The notes: a model not told the origin generated them from the sequence alone. DNA of 32,000 nt from Opitutales bacterium (GCA_965219535.1 CBDCNV010000001.1:480001-512000), one strand, 5' to 3'. Shown: positions 7,563-16,918, counted from the first letter of the stretch. Numbers and translations are program-made.

Positions 7563-9011
7563 TCAAGCGGAACTTTTCTCTTTCGACTTGGGCTCCTTGA
7601 AGGAAGGAAACTTCAAATTGTGCAAGCCGAACCAGCACATTCTCAGTAGTAAAACGCCGTGACGAAAACGGGAAATATTTGTATCCCCATAAATGCGATC
7701 TCGGTATCTAACGGGAATATCGCGGATCCGTAAATCCAGGAGAGCGGAGCCAAATATTAAATTAAAATCCCCAAAGGGATCGAACTCGCCAAATACCTTT
7801 ATACGCTTCAGCAACCGTTCGTAATCTTCCCGTAAAATCATTTTTGTGCCGCATAAACTGTCCTTTATTGGCTGTCCTATGATGTAAGACAGGACGAGGG
7901 CAAAAAATTTATTACCGAAAAAATTAAGCGTTCGCATCGCTTTATCTTCCATCGGGTAAACGAGGCGGCTGCCATTAGCAAATTCAGCATGTCCATTCAC
8001 AATCGCTTCGTAAAACTTATTTAAATCTTCGGGTGGGGCCGTCAGATCTCCATCTTGAATGACAAGTATATCCCCTTTTGCTTTTGCGAAACCGGTATGA
8101 ACAGCATCCCATTTCCCTTTGCCAGATTGCTGACAATAAGATACTTCATGAGGTCCCTTGTAAGCCTTTGTTTCACTTTGAATCACGTCCCATGTATCAT
8201 CTTTGCTGTGACCTTCGACAAAGATGATTTCTGTTCGTTTTCCCAGAACCGGGATACGGTCCAAAGCGGGACGTATATTTCCAGATTCGTTGCGAGCTGG
8301 AACTATAACTGAGCAACTTATATCGCTCGTAATCGCTGGAACTATACGCGGTCGAGCGATTAAGAGCAGCGTTGCGCCAAAATGTTTGAAGACAGGCAAG
8401 CGAACGAGAAATCGATTAAAAAATGTTGTTATAAGCGGTAGCCGGAAAGGAAATAATTGTTCAGTGTTTTGATAAATGACTTCCCAACCTGCGAGGTTGA
8501 GAAGATTTATCAGGTCGTTTGTCGAAAGCCAATTGCTTGGTGGTTGTTTGACAACGAAGCCGAGCGGTTGAGCCATGGCGAAGATCGGCCGCCATGCATA
8601 ATTTAAGGATGTAATATATAGGCGAGTTCGAGCATGGCTGGAATTGTGTAAGGATTCCAGGCATTTCTGGATGTCCTGGAGATATCCCGCGAGATAATCC
8701 ATGACGATAACATCAAATTTTTCACTCACTTCATCAGTTTGCAGATCGCCGTGACGAAATTCTAAATTTTCATCGTCGTGGCGGGATTGTGCTCTCGCCA
8801 GCATCTTTGAACTGAGATCAATTCCTAACCCTCGAGCAGGTTTCAGCCCGGCGAGAAGATCACCACCTCCGCAACCCCATTCGAGCACTTTGATTCCTTC
8901 GGCGATGTGGAATTTTAAAAGGGATATGATCTGCCGATGAAATGCCCTTTGATAACGGCGAGGTTTGGCATCGTTCTGGGATACCCAGTCAAAATGTAAT
9001 TTATAATCCAT
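7563..9011 (-). CDS. Bifunctional class I SAM-dependent methyltransferase / family-2 glycosyltransferase
   Basis: 482 aa. The N-terminal half has SAM motif I (VLEWGCGGGDL) and DVIVMDY. The C-terminal half has GT2 signatures CSVIVPARNESGNI and ILVIQDGDL and is DPM1/ArnC-like. Confidence 0.75.
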   Translation of the reverse strand: MDYKLHFDWVSQNDAKPRRYQRAFHRQIISLLKFHIAEGIKVLEWGCGGGDLLAGLKPARGLGIDLSSKMLARAQSRHDDENLEFRHGDLQTDEVSEKFDVIVMDYLAGYLQDIQKCLESLHNSSHARTRLYITSLNYAWRPIFAMAQPLGFVVKQPPSNWLSTNDLINLLNLAGWEVIYQNTEQLFPFRLPLITTFFNRFLVRLPVFKHFGATLLLIARPRIVPAITSDISCSVIVPARNESGNIRPALDRIPVLGKRTEIIFVEGHSKDDTWDVIQSETKAYKGPHEVSYCQQSGKGKWDAVHTGFAKAKGDILVIQDGDLTAPPEDLNKFYEAIVNGHAEFANGSRLVYPMEDKAMRTLNFFGNKFFALVLSYIIGQPIKDSLCGTKMILREDYERLLKRIKVFGEFDPFGDFNLIFGSALLDLRIRDIPVRYRDRIYGDTNISRFRHGVLLLRMCWFGLHNLKFPSFKEPKSKEKSSA

Positions 9012-9229
9012 ATTAAAATACGCGCATCAATGGCGATCGTAAGAGGCTATTTTGCTTAATCTGAATGTCGATTTAAATTCATTGTTAATTTTCGAATGTA
9101 ACCTTAGTAAAAATTACAGTTACTCCTAACGATGGATGGTAATTCTGCGCAACCCCATCTAATTTGAACCCGCTAATATCGGAGGCTTGTTTACAGTGAA
9201 AGTTTAATTAACCGTTCGACTGTTTTATC

Positions 9230-10387
9230 TTATACTTTAGGAAATTTCGTCCACTTCTGATTAGAGCGGGAAGATTTAATGCAGGTATCAATAAACGCCA
9301 TACCTAAAACACCGTCGTCAATAGTAGGTAAATCATAATTCTTCTTCAAGCGTTTACCGGTAACCTCGTCACTAATAGCTTTGGCGGCTTCCACATAAAT
9401 ATTTGCAAAAGCTTCGATAAAACCCTCGGGGTGACCTGCTGGAAGACGGGTGTTTGATTTTGCTGTTTGCGATAAATAATCCCATCCCGCTTTTAATACC
9501 TGATGGGGCTTATTGGGGTATTTCAGAATCAGATCATTGGGTGATTCCTGTTCCCATTCAATTGATCCTTTCGTTCCATAGACGCGAATTTTAAAACCAT
9601 TACCTTCTCCTACCGAAATCTGCGATGCATAGATGATACCTTTAGCCCCGCCTTTAAACCGAACTAACATATTGGCATCGTCCTCAAGCTTGCGGCCCGC
9701 AATGAAAGATGTTAAATCAGCGCAGACTGAATCAATTTTTAAGTTAGTGATGTAACGGACGAGATTATCGGCATGCGTCCCGATATCTCCGACACAACTG
9801 GAGAGACCCGCTGTTTTCGGATTTAAGCGCCACACTGCTTGTTTTTGCCCTTCTTTCTCAATAGGGGTGATGAGCCAACCTTGGGGGTATTCGGCTACGA
9901 CTTTGTTTACTTTCCCGATGATCCCCTTGCTAACCATGAGGCGTGCTTCTTTGACCATGGGATAACCGGTGTAGTTATGAGTGAAGGCAAAGACCTTGCC
10001 CCTTTTTCTTACGAGCTTACGAAAACTTATGGCTTCAGCCAGACTCATCCCCAGGGGTTTATCACAGACTATATTGAAACCCGCTTTTAAAAACGTGGTG
10101 GCGATCGGAACATGACTGAAATTAGGAGTAACTATAGAAACAAAATCGATTCGCTGATCAGGGGGTAGCGTTGCTTCCTCTTTAGCCATTTGTTTGTAAT
10201 CGGCGTATACGCGCTTGGGGTCTAGGAAGAGATCCTGGCCTGACAATTTTGACTTTTTTTCGGTCGATGAAAAGCACCCCGCAACGAGTTCGATTTTACC
10301 ATCGAGTTGAGCTGCCGCACGATGGACAGCGCCTATAAACGCGTCGCGCCCACCGCCTACCATTCCCATACGAAGTTTTCTCTTCAT
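9230..10387 (-). CDS. Gfo/Idh/MocA family oxidoreductase
   Basis: 385 aa. N-terminal Rossmann motif MGMVGGGRDAFIG and a typical C-terminal alpha/beta dimerisation domain. Confidence 0.8.
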   Translation of the reverse strand: MKRKLRMGMVGGGRDAFIGAVHRAAAQLDGKIELVAGCFSSTEKKSKLSGQDLFLDPKRVYADYKQMAKEEATLPPDQRIDFVSIVTPNFSHVPIATTFLKAGFNIVCDKPLGMSLAEAISFRKLVRKRGKVFAFTHNYTGYPMVKEARLMVSKGIIGKVNKVVAEYPQGWLITPIEKEGQKQAVWRLNPKTAGLSSCVGDIGTHADNLVRYITNLKIDSVCADLTSFIAGRKLEDDANMLVRFKGGAKGIIYASQISVGEGNGFKIRVYGTKGSIEWEQESPNDLILKYPNKPHQVLKAGWDYLSQTAKSNTRLPAGHPEGFIEAFANIYVEAAKAISDEVTGKRLKKNYDLPTIDDGVLGMAFIDTCIKSSRSNQKWTKFPKV

Positions 10388-10408
10388 CGTTTAATTTTAT
10401 AAATGTGG

Positions 10409-11410
10409 TTATCGATTCTTCTTGTCAAAAGGGTCGTCAAACGCGACTTCACTGGATTCGAAATCAATCTCTTTGGTAAATGCGCAGGATTCAGCAGCAC
10501 CTTGAATGCGATCCATCCCGCTATCTTCCCATTCGATCGAGAGGGGGCCTTGATAATTGATGCGGTTAAGCGCGCGAATAATCGATTCAAAATCAACTTC
10601 TCCGCGACCAACTGAACGAAAATCCCAACCGCGGCGATAGTCACCAAAGCCTAAATGAGATGCAAGAATACCCGTTTTGCCATTCAAATTACGGATAGCA
10701 TCTTTCATGTGGACATGATAAATTCGATCCGAAAAAGTGTTAATAAAATCAACCGGGTCGACGAATTGCCAGTGTAGATGACTGGGATCGAAATTAAATC
10801 CGAATGCTTCCCGATGATCGATCGCTTCTAGCGCGCGTTCGGCGGTGTATGTATCGAAAGCGATTTCAGTTGGATGAACTTCGAGAGCAAAGCGAACACC
10901 GCACTCATCATAGACGTCGAGAATGGGATTCCATATCTCGGCAAATTTGCTAAATCCCTCATCGATCATTTCGTCACTGACAGGGGGAAAGGAATATAGC
11001 ATATGCCAGATGGGTGAACCGGTGAAACCATTGACAACTTTCAAGTTCAAGTTCTTCGCTGCGCGCGCCGTATTTTTCATCGCCTCGATTGCCCAAGAGC
11101 GTTTTTTTTCAGCGTCGCCAGCACAATCGGGTGGGGCAAATGCGTCCGATCGACTATCATCATTGGGATCACAAGTCAGTTGTCCCGCGAGATGATTTGA
11201 AATAGAATGCAGCTGCAGTTTGTTTTCGTTGAACCAATCAAGTTTTGCTTTGCAGTAGGTTTCATCTTTCGCTGCTTCGAAGACATCGAGATGGTCACCC
11301 CAACAGGCTAATTCCAAGCCATCAAATCCTAATTCTTTTACCAGCTTACCTAATTCAGTGAGTGGTAAGTCTGCCCATTGACCGGTGAATAAAGTTACAG
11401 GTCTAGCCAT
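10409..11410 (-). CDS. Sugar phosphate isomerase/epimerase (xylose-isomerase-like TIM barrel)
   Basis: 333 aa. [29 protein letters not shown] and SIEWED are the metal-ligand strands of the AP-endonuclease-2/xylose-isomerase-like fold. It lies 21 nt upstream of the oxidoreductase on the same strand, so they are likely an operon. Confidence 0.75.
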   Translation of the reverse strand: MARPVTLFTGQWADLPLTELGKLVKELGFDGLELACWGDHLDVFEAAKDETYCKAKLDWFNENKLQLHSISNHLAGQLTCDPNDDSRSDAFAPPDCAGDAEKKRSWAIEAMKNTARAAKNLNLKVVNGFTGSPIWHMLYSFPPVSDEMIDEGFSKFAEIWNPILDVYDECGVRFALEVHPTEIAFDTYTAERALEAIDHREAFGFNFDPSHLHWQFVDPVDFINTFSDRIYHVHMKDAIRNLNGKTGILASHLGFGDYRRGWDFRSVGRGEVDFESIIRALNRINYQGPLSIEWEDSGMDRIQGAAESCAFTKEIDFESSEVAFDDPFDKKNR

Positions 11411-11828
11411 TATGATTCCTATTTATTATTGATGATTGTTAAAAGGTGGAGATACACGGTGAATAGAAATATTAATAACGGTTTGTTGTAGTCAAATTGT
11501 TAATTTAACCTCTACGAGGGGTTTTGATTAAAGATCAAATATATAAAAATTTCATAAATACGCCCAATAACATAAATGAGATTGCCAAAATAATGTTGGA
11601 ATCAGGTTAAATAATAAGGTGCAGAGTTTTGTAATTCGGTTTGTAATAGGATTTTTAAAAGGCTTCGCGCTTGTCTATTCCTAGTCAGGATGGTGATTTT
11701 GAACAAGGGCAACATTTCGCAGCGACTCGTTTAATGATAAAAATCTAAGACCGCTCGTGTGTGAGAAGTTCAACCCCTGCCTCGAAGCTTTATATTTAAT
11801 TTCCAATCGCTCATCGATCTGATTTTCA

Positions 11829-12305
11829 TTACTGCGTAGAGGTGAGCAGATCCCCGAGTCTTTCAATAAATGGAACCTGGGCCGCGTTTATCTTCAACCG
11901 GGCTTCATTGACGGTAAACATTTCAGCACGATCTACCTCTGGGTAATGCTGTCTGTTTCCAGATCGTGGGGGCCATTCCAATTCAAAAGTATTACTATTA
12001 GGAACGCATCCCTCTTCCCAGCGGCCTTGAAAAGCCCAAGCGGTTACCCTTTTCCCTCCTTTCTGAATGATGCTTCCCAATGGGTGATATTTCTCAGGTT
12101 TAATTTCAATACCCATTTCTTCCGTGAATTCACGTCGCGCACACGCTAAGCCATCTTCATTTATTTGAAGTTCCCCTTTAGGGATTGACCAGTAACTATT
12201 GTCCTTTTTTGTAAAGTATGGCCCTCCGGGATGAACTAAAAGAATGCGCAACTCATCGCTTTGATCGTCATACATCAATAGACCGGCACTTTCTTTTTTA
12301 GCCAT
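11829..12305 (-). CDS. NUDIX hydrolase (COG4119-like)
   Basis: 158 aa. NUDIX box GELQINEDGLACARREFTEEMGI, plus LLVHPGGPYF and FELEWPPRSG, which are typical of the COG4119 subgroup. Confidence 0.8.
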   Translation of the reverse strand: MAKKESAGLLMYDDQSDELRILLVHPGGPYFTKKDNSYWSIPKGELQINEDGLACARREFTEEMGIEIKPEKYHPLGSIIQKGGKRVTAWAFQGRWEEGCVPNSNTFELEWPPRSGNRQHYPEVDRAEMFTVNEARLKINAAQVPFIERLGDLLTSTQ

Positions 12306-12332
12306 AATTGTAAATTGTGAAAAATCAACTTA

Positions 12333-13169
12333 ATGCCCGAACTCGCTGAAGTCGAATATTACCGAAAGATATGGAGTCCAGGACTGAAGAAAAAGGTCAG
12401 TCAGGTTTACTTGCACCCGAGCGCCCGAGATTTCCGTGGATGTAACACTAGAATATTAAAGCAATATTTAAGTGGGAGCGTCTTACGATCGTCTGAAGCA
12501 AAAGGTAAACAGCTGCTTTTCCGCTTCCGTGGTAATAACTGGCTTGGCATTCATCTCGGTATGAGCGGAAAACTTTCTTGTGTCCCTTTAACTAAGAATC
12601 GCCGTGATGGTTCCATGGCATTCAAACAGGATAAGCATGATCATCTGGTCCTCATTCAATCGCGACAGGCATTAGTATTTAATGACTACCGGATGTTCGG
12701 GCGCATTCGCTTTCAACAGGGTACAGAAGTGCCCCAATGGTGGAAAAGTATCCCACCCGCGCTCACTTCAAATGCTTTCGATCGAGTCGCTTTAAAAGCC
12801 TATCTCACACGTCGACGAAGATCACCTATTAAGGGGGTGTTATTTGCGCAAGAGCGATTTCCCGGATTGGGAAACTGGATGGTAGATGAAATACTCTGGC
12901 GTGCCCGCATTCGGCCGCATTGTCATGCAGGTCGGATAGAAGGAAAAAAGCTGAATGATCTCTTCCACGCAATTAAGGAAGTTTGCCGTGACGCGCTTGA
13001 CGTCATAGGTAAGGACTGGGGTGATCCGCCTGACACCTGGCTATTTAATCACCGTTGGAATAACAATGGTCGTTGCCCGAAAACAGGTAAACCCTTAAAG
13101 CGTGAAACGGTAAGTGGCCGAACTACTTGCTGGTCACCTGCCTGGCAACGATGGCCCGATAGCAGTTGA
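12333..13169 (+). CDS. Fpg/Nei-family DNA glycosylase/AP lyase with a degenerate C-terminal zinc finger
   Basis: 278 aa. N-terminal catalytic MPELAEVE, KGKQLLF and an H2TH region (GLGNWMVDEILWRARI). The C-terminal CPKTGKPLKRETVSGRTTCWSPAWQ keeps only 2 of the 4 canonical Cys. Confidence 0.8.
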   Translation: MPELAEVEYYRKIWSPGLKKKVSQVYLHPSARDFRGCNTRILKQYLSGSVLRSSEAKGKQLLFRFRGNNWLGIHLGMSGKLSCVPLTKNRRDGSMAFKQDKHDHLVLIQSRQALVFNDYRMFGRIRFQQGTEVPQWWKSIPPALTSNAFDRVALKAYLTRRRRSPIKGVLFAQERFPGLGNWMVDEILWRARIRPHCHAGRIEGKKLNDLFHAIKEVCRDALDVIGKDWGDPPDTWLFNHRWNNNGRCPKTGKPLKRETVSGRTTCWSPAWQRWPDSS

Positions 13170-13209
13170 TATCTCAGGAAGTAAAATTCGCTTATAAAAA
13201 GCTAAGTAT

Positions 13210-14541
13210 TTAATTATAGAGCCAGAACTTGCGGCTCGTATTCTGAAATATTTTAGCCTGTTTCTCCCATTGTTGGATAAAGGCGTTCACGTTTACCTGG
13301 GCACCTTGAGCAGTGATCGCGTTCCACCATGCGGTTGAGCCAACATGCTTATTGAAAAGTTTGGCGCGGTCAGCACTCGCTTGAGTGAAAGGATTAGTGC
13401 GGCTCCATGAGCAGGCAATTTGCATCATGTGAAAACTGATTTCGGTCGGGCGCAATGCTTCCCAATCAGATACTAACGCGTATACAGCCCTGGCTTTATT
13501 CTTATTCCTGACCGGGATATCGATTATTGTAAACGTGAGCCCTGGAATTCGTTTAGCAGTCAAGGTAGCTTGTATTTCCTCCGGTTTCTTTCCGGGGTAT
13601 CTAATGACTCGAAAAAGATAATGTGATCCATATCCATGAGAAAAATTACTCAACTCGCAGCCTAGACCAATCATCGCATAGCCAAGCGCGGCGGACAAAT
13701 CTTTAATTGCCGGTGATGTGGGTCTCCATTGTAGACCAGTATCCGCCCATAGCATAGAACGTCGCCAGCCTTCCATAGGGATGACTGTCAATTTTCCTTT
13801 TTCCCTCGTGTTTTCGTCAACCTCAAGCCAGCCGCTAAGTTTAGAGGACATAGTGGCTAGTTCTCCAATCGTAAGTCCATGAACATAGGGGATACGGTAA
13901 GCGCCGACATAGCTCATCCAACGATTTTCCATGGGGGGACCATCAACTTTTAATCCACCAATGGGATTGGGACGATCGAGAACGACAACTTCTACATTAT
14001 TTTCAAAACAGGCTTCTATCGCTAGACGCATACAACTGATAAAAGTATAGGATCGCACGCCCAAATCCTGAAGATCGATAACAAGCGCATCGAGTCCCTC
14101 GAGCATAGTCGGGATAGGCTTTCGGTATTTACCGTAAAGTGAATATACCGGAAGCCCGGTACGACTATCGATACGATTTTCTATCGAGACACTAGCTTTT
14201 TCATTTCCGTATATTCCATGCTCGGGTCCGAAAAGTGCGACGAGGTTAACGCGTGGGCTAAGACGTAAAACTTCAATCGTGCTCACCCCATTACGATTAA
14301 TGCCCGCGGGGTGGGTGAGTAATCCGACGCGTTTTCCAGCCAACTGTCGAAACTGGTTTTGACTCAAAACATCGATGCCCAGTTTAAATTTTGCATTGGG
14401 CCGGGAGGGTAGAGAGCTGGCCGCGATGCCAGTTGAAGATGCCGACGTAGGCTTTCCTCCCGGTATGCCAAAGAAGAAACCTGCTATAAGAACATAACTC
14501 AGTTTCTGGAGGAACAATCGCCTACTGAAGGCAAAGCACAT
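13210..14541 (-). CDS. DUF1343 / NamZ-like exo-beta-N-acetylmuramidase family protein with a Tat-type signal
   Basis: The tracked ORF runs to 14613. I prefer the internal ATG at 14541, which removes the overlap with the upstream gene (its stop is at 14546). This start gives MCFAFSRRLFLQKLSYVLIAGFFFG, matching the twin-arginine consensus S-R-R-x-F-L-K followed by a hydrophobic core. The body (GLLTHPAGI..., VVLDRPNPIGG) is typical DUF1343. Confidence 0.7.
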   Translation of the reverse strand: MCFAFSRRLFLQKLSYVLIAGFFFGIPGGKPTSASSTGIAASSLPSRPNAKFKLGIDVLSQNQFRQLAGKRVGLLTHPAGINRNGVSTIEVLRLSPRVNLVALFGPEHGIYGNEKASVSIENRIDSRTGLPVYSLYGKYRKPIPTMLEGLDALVIDLQDLGVRSYTFISCMRLAIEACFENNVEVVVLDRPNPIGGLKVDGPPMENRWMSYVGAYRIPYVHGLTIGELATMSSKLSGWLEVDENTREKGKLTVIPMEGWRRSMLWADTGLQWRPTSPAIKDLSAALGYAMIGLGCELSNFSHGYGSHYLFRVIRYPGKKPEEIQATLTAKRIPGLTFTIIDIPVRNKNKARAVYALVSDWEALRPTEISFHMMQIACSWSRTNPFTQASADRAKLFNKHVGSTAWWNAITAQGAQVNVNAFIQQWEKQAKIFQNTSRKFWLYN

Positions 14542-14545
14542 ACCG

Positions 14546-15244
14546 TCAGATACTCTGCGGCGAAGTCGGTTTGTCAACTGAAGCGGCAGCTTTTGCTTTT
14601 TTCTTTTGGACAACCTTCAGATTATCATAAGTCTGAGCTGCGCGTTTTGCCATGATGCGATAAATGATACTTGAAATAAATCCGGTAAAGTATCCAATAA
14701 TCATTCCACCACCGACCATCGCGCTCATATTTCGAATACTTTTTAAAAGGAGATTACTCTCTTCTATCTGGGTAGAAACTTCAATCGTAGGGGGCGTGCT
14801 TCCAAAGATACTCAGAAAGAAGTCCCCTGTCAGATAAGCTATCCAGTAGATGAATGGAAGGGTAATAGGATTCGAAACCAATTGGATGCCGGCAAGGATT
14901 GGAAGGTTGGCGCGAAAAATAATTGCCGCACAGAGTGCGAGTGGTATCTGCATTCCATATAGCGGCATAAAAGCCAGGATGCACCCGGCGTACAATGCTG
15001 GAACCGCTTCACTGGAGCGGAAAGACCAAAGATAGGCGCGTTTCCGCGCGGCTACCGTAAACAAGTTGAGAATTGGATATTTATGCAGCGTCGCCTTACG
15101 GGGTAGAAGACGTAAGAGACGTTTCAATCGGCGTATTCGGGAAAACCGAGCATCTTTCAGTTTGGCTTCATCAGCGGTCATTATCTGAAAATACTCAGGC
15201 GAGTTATAGTTTGGTTTGTCAGTGCTCTGAATAAGAAAACCCAT
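14546..15244 (-). CDS. DUF2062 membrane protein
   Basis: 232 aa. A basic N-terminal region is followed by AVPALYAGCILAFMPLYGMQIPLALCAAIIFRANLPILAGIQLVSNPITLPFIYW, characteristic of DUF2062/COG3216. The start could be the internal Met (MTADE). Confidence 0.6.
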   Translation of the reverse strand: MGFLIQSTDKPNYNSPEYFQIMTADEAKLKDARFSRIRRLKRLLRLLPRKATLHKYPILNLFTVAARKRAYLWSFRSSEAVPALYAGCILAFMPLYGMQIPLALCAAIIFRANLPILAGIQLVSNPITLPFIYWIAYLTGDFFLSIFGSTPPTIEVSTQIEESNLLLKSIRNMSAMVGGGMIIGYFTGFISSIIYRIMAKRAAQTYDNLKVVQKKKAKAAASVDKPTSPQSI

Positions 15245-15371
15245 AATCGCTTATCTTGCAATAAGATTCGGCACATTTCTTTGATCTTTAAAAACAAGAT
15301 TGGCGGAATAAAAACATTTTTCGCACCTCGCTTATCTCGGCGATGTAACTATTGAGAAAACAGGTCGATGA

Positions 15372-16844
15372 TTATTCGACTTTCAATCCCAGTCGATCGT
15401 ACTGTTCAGGCGGCGAATCATTTTCGCGCATCAACTCGATCATACGTTTTTGCAATTTTGCCTCTATTTCACTATCGTGAATGGGATGTTCCTGCAGGGG
15501 ATCAGCGGTTCGATCAAAGAGCAGGTCACACATGGAAATAATCCGCTTAACTATCAACCCTGCTGATGGAATTTTCATAAGCGGGCAACCTTGAGTAAAG
15601 CTGAAGGGTTTAACCATTTGTGCCTCCTTTAACTCTTCGATGGTGAACGTATTGCGCATACGTGAAGGCATTTGCGTATAGTTAAATAACGGTCTATTTT
15701 CATCAGAAGGTGGAGCGCGCATATAAATATAGTGATCGTTCACGAGGTTGATGTGACCCCCATGAACGCCGAACAAGGCATCTTCACGCACGGGAACATT
15801 ACTGGCTAGGGTGTCGCGCAAAGGATGTCCCTGCATAGTATCGGGGAGCGGTATTCCGAAAAATTCCAGGAGGGTTGCGGGCAGGTCGATGGTTTGAACG
15901 AGGGCATCACAATGCACATCTTTTTTTTCACAACGTGGATCCCAGATAAAGAGGGGTATGTGCGCTACTTCGTTGTAAAATGGCGGTGCGACTTTTGCCC
16001 AGAATCCATGTTCACCGAGAAGAAAACCATGGTCGGTATTTACAATGAGCAACGTGTCATCCCACAGTTCATGGTCATCCATAAAATTGAGGACACGCCC
16101 GAGTTGGGCATCACAAAAACTCAAGAGGGCGGTATATTCAAATTGCAGATGTTCTACTTCTTCGGGGGTTTCCTCAACAACAGCGTAAAGAGGCCAGTCA
16201 AAGTGCTTACCTTTATATTCGTGCTTGTAAAGATCGCGGTATTTTTGAGGGGCGAAAAAAGGTTCATGGGGATCGAAAGTTTCTATTTGTAGAAACCAAT
16301 TATCCTCTTTCCAGTTATTGTTAAGAAAGGCCAGACCCGCATCGAAAGTTTTATATTGAGGCCAGTCTTTCTCATTGCTGATGTATTGTCGATTGACCCA
16401 GTCCTGCCTCCACATTTCATTGTTTCTCGGTGCAACAACGGGTGGGATATCTGGATCCGCGACAGAAGGTCTCCACGCATCACCTTCTTGTCCGCGGCAG
16501 GTTTGATGCGTGCGATAGCGTTGTATATAATTACTGCCCCCGCACTCCCAGTAATGATAGTGATCGGTGGCAATATGAGTGTAGACCCCATTCTCATTCA
16601 GTATTGCCGGTGCTGACTCATCAAATGGCTCGAGAGGTCCCCACGAACGGTGTAAAAAGTTATAGCGCCCGGTATGTAATTCGCGGCGGGCAGGCATGCA
16701 GGGCATGCTGCCAATAAAAGCGTTATCGAAAGTTACGCTTCGTTTAGCCAGGCGTTGAAAATTTGGAGTATGAGTCCAGTCGCATCCATATGAAGGCAAG
16801 AGTCGACGGTTCAAAGTGTCGAACATAACCATTATCGCCTTCAT
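15372..16844 (-). CDS. Formylglycine-type sulfatase with no signal peptide
   Basis: 490 aa. It begins directly with the catalytic core (KAIMVMFDTLNRR). It carries a full sulfatase signature, CMPARRELHTGR (C-x-P-x-R-x4-TGR), and NTDHG. Confidence 0.8.
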   Translation of the reverse strand: MKAIMVMFDTLNRRLLPSYGCDWTHTPNFQRLAKRSVTFDNAFIGSMPCMPARRELHTGRYNFLHRSWGPLEPFDESAPAILNENGVYTHIATDHYHYWECGGSNYIQRYRTHQTCRGQEGDAWRPSVADPDIPPVVAPRNNEMWRQDWVNRQYISNEKDWPQYKTFDAGLAFLNNNWKEDNWFLQIETFDPHEPFFAPQKYRDLYKHEYKGKHFDWPLYAVVEETPEEVEHLQFEYTALLSFCDAQLGRVLNFMDDHELWDDTLLIVNTDHGFLLGEHGFWAKVAPPFYNEVAHIPLFIWDPRCEKKDVHCDALVQTIDLPATLLEFFGIPLPDTMQGHPLRDTLASNVPVREDALFGVHGGHINLVNDHYIYMRAPPSDENRPLFNYTQMPSRMRNTFTIEELKEAQMVKPFSFTQGCPLMKIPSAGLIVKRIISMCDLLFDRTADPLQEHPIHDSEIEAKLQKRMIELMRENDSPPEQYDRLGLKVE

Positions 16845-16918
16845 CGTTTAACAGTATTGAAGGTTCGAAGATTTATTTCAATCTTCTTTATTAATTCAAT
16901 TATTCCAACGGATGAATA

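Noticed and set aside
11681-11866. 61-aa ORF in the 11.4-11.8 kb gap
   Set aside because: It overlaps the NUDIX gene terminus, has no motifs and has no RBS. It is treated as noise.
14542-14613. Longer 467-aa start for the DUF1343 gene
   Set aside because: It would overlap the DUF2062 gene by 68 nt and place 24 basic residues before the Tat motif. The ATG at 14541 gives a canonical signal peptide. This is not proven.
16867-16890. Hairpin GAAGAT-N8-ATCTTC plus a T-run between glycerate kinase and the sulfatase, as a possible terminator
   Set aside because: The T-run is on the plus strand, whereas both flanking genes are on the minus strand. The orientation is wrong for a terminator of glycerate kinase, and the stem is only 6 bp and AT-rich.
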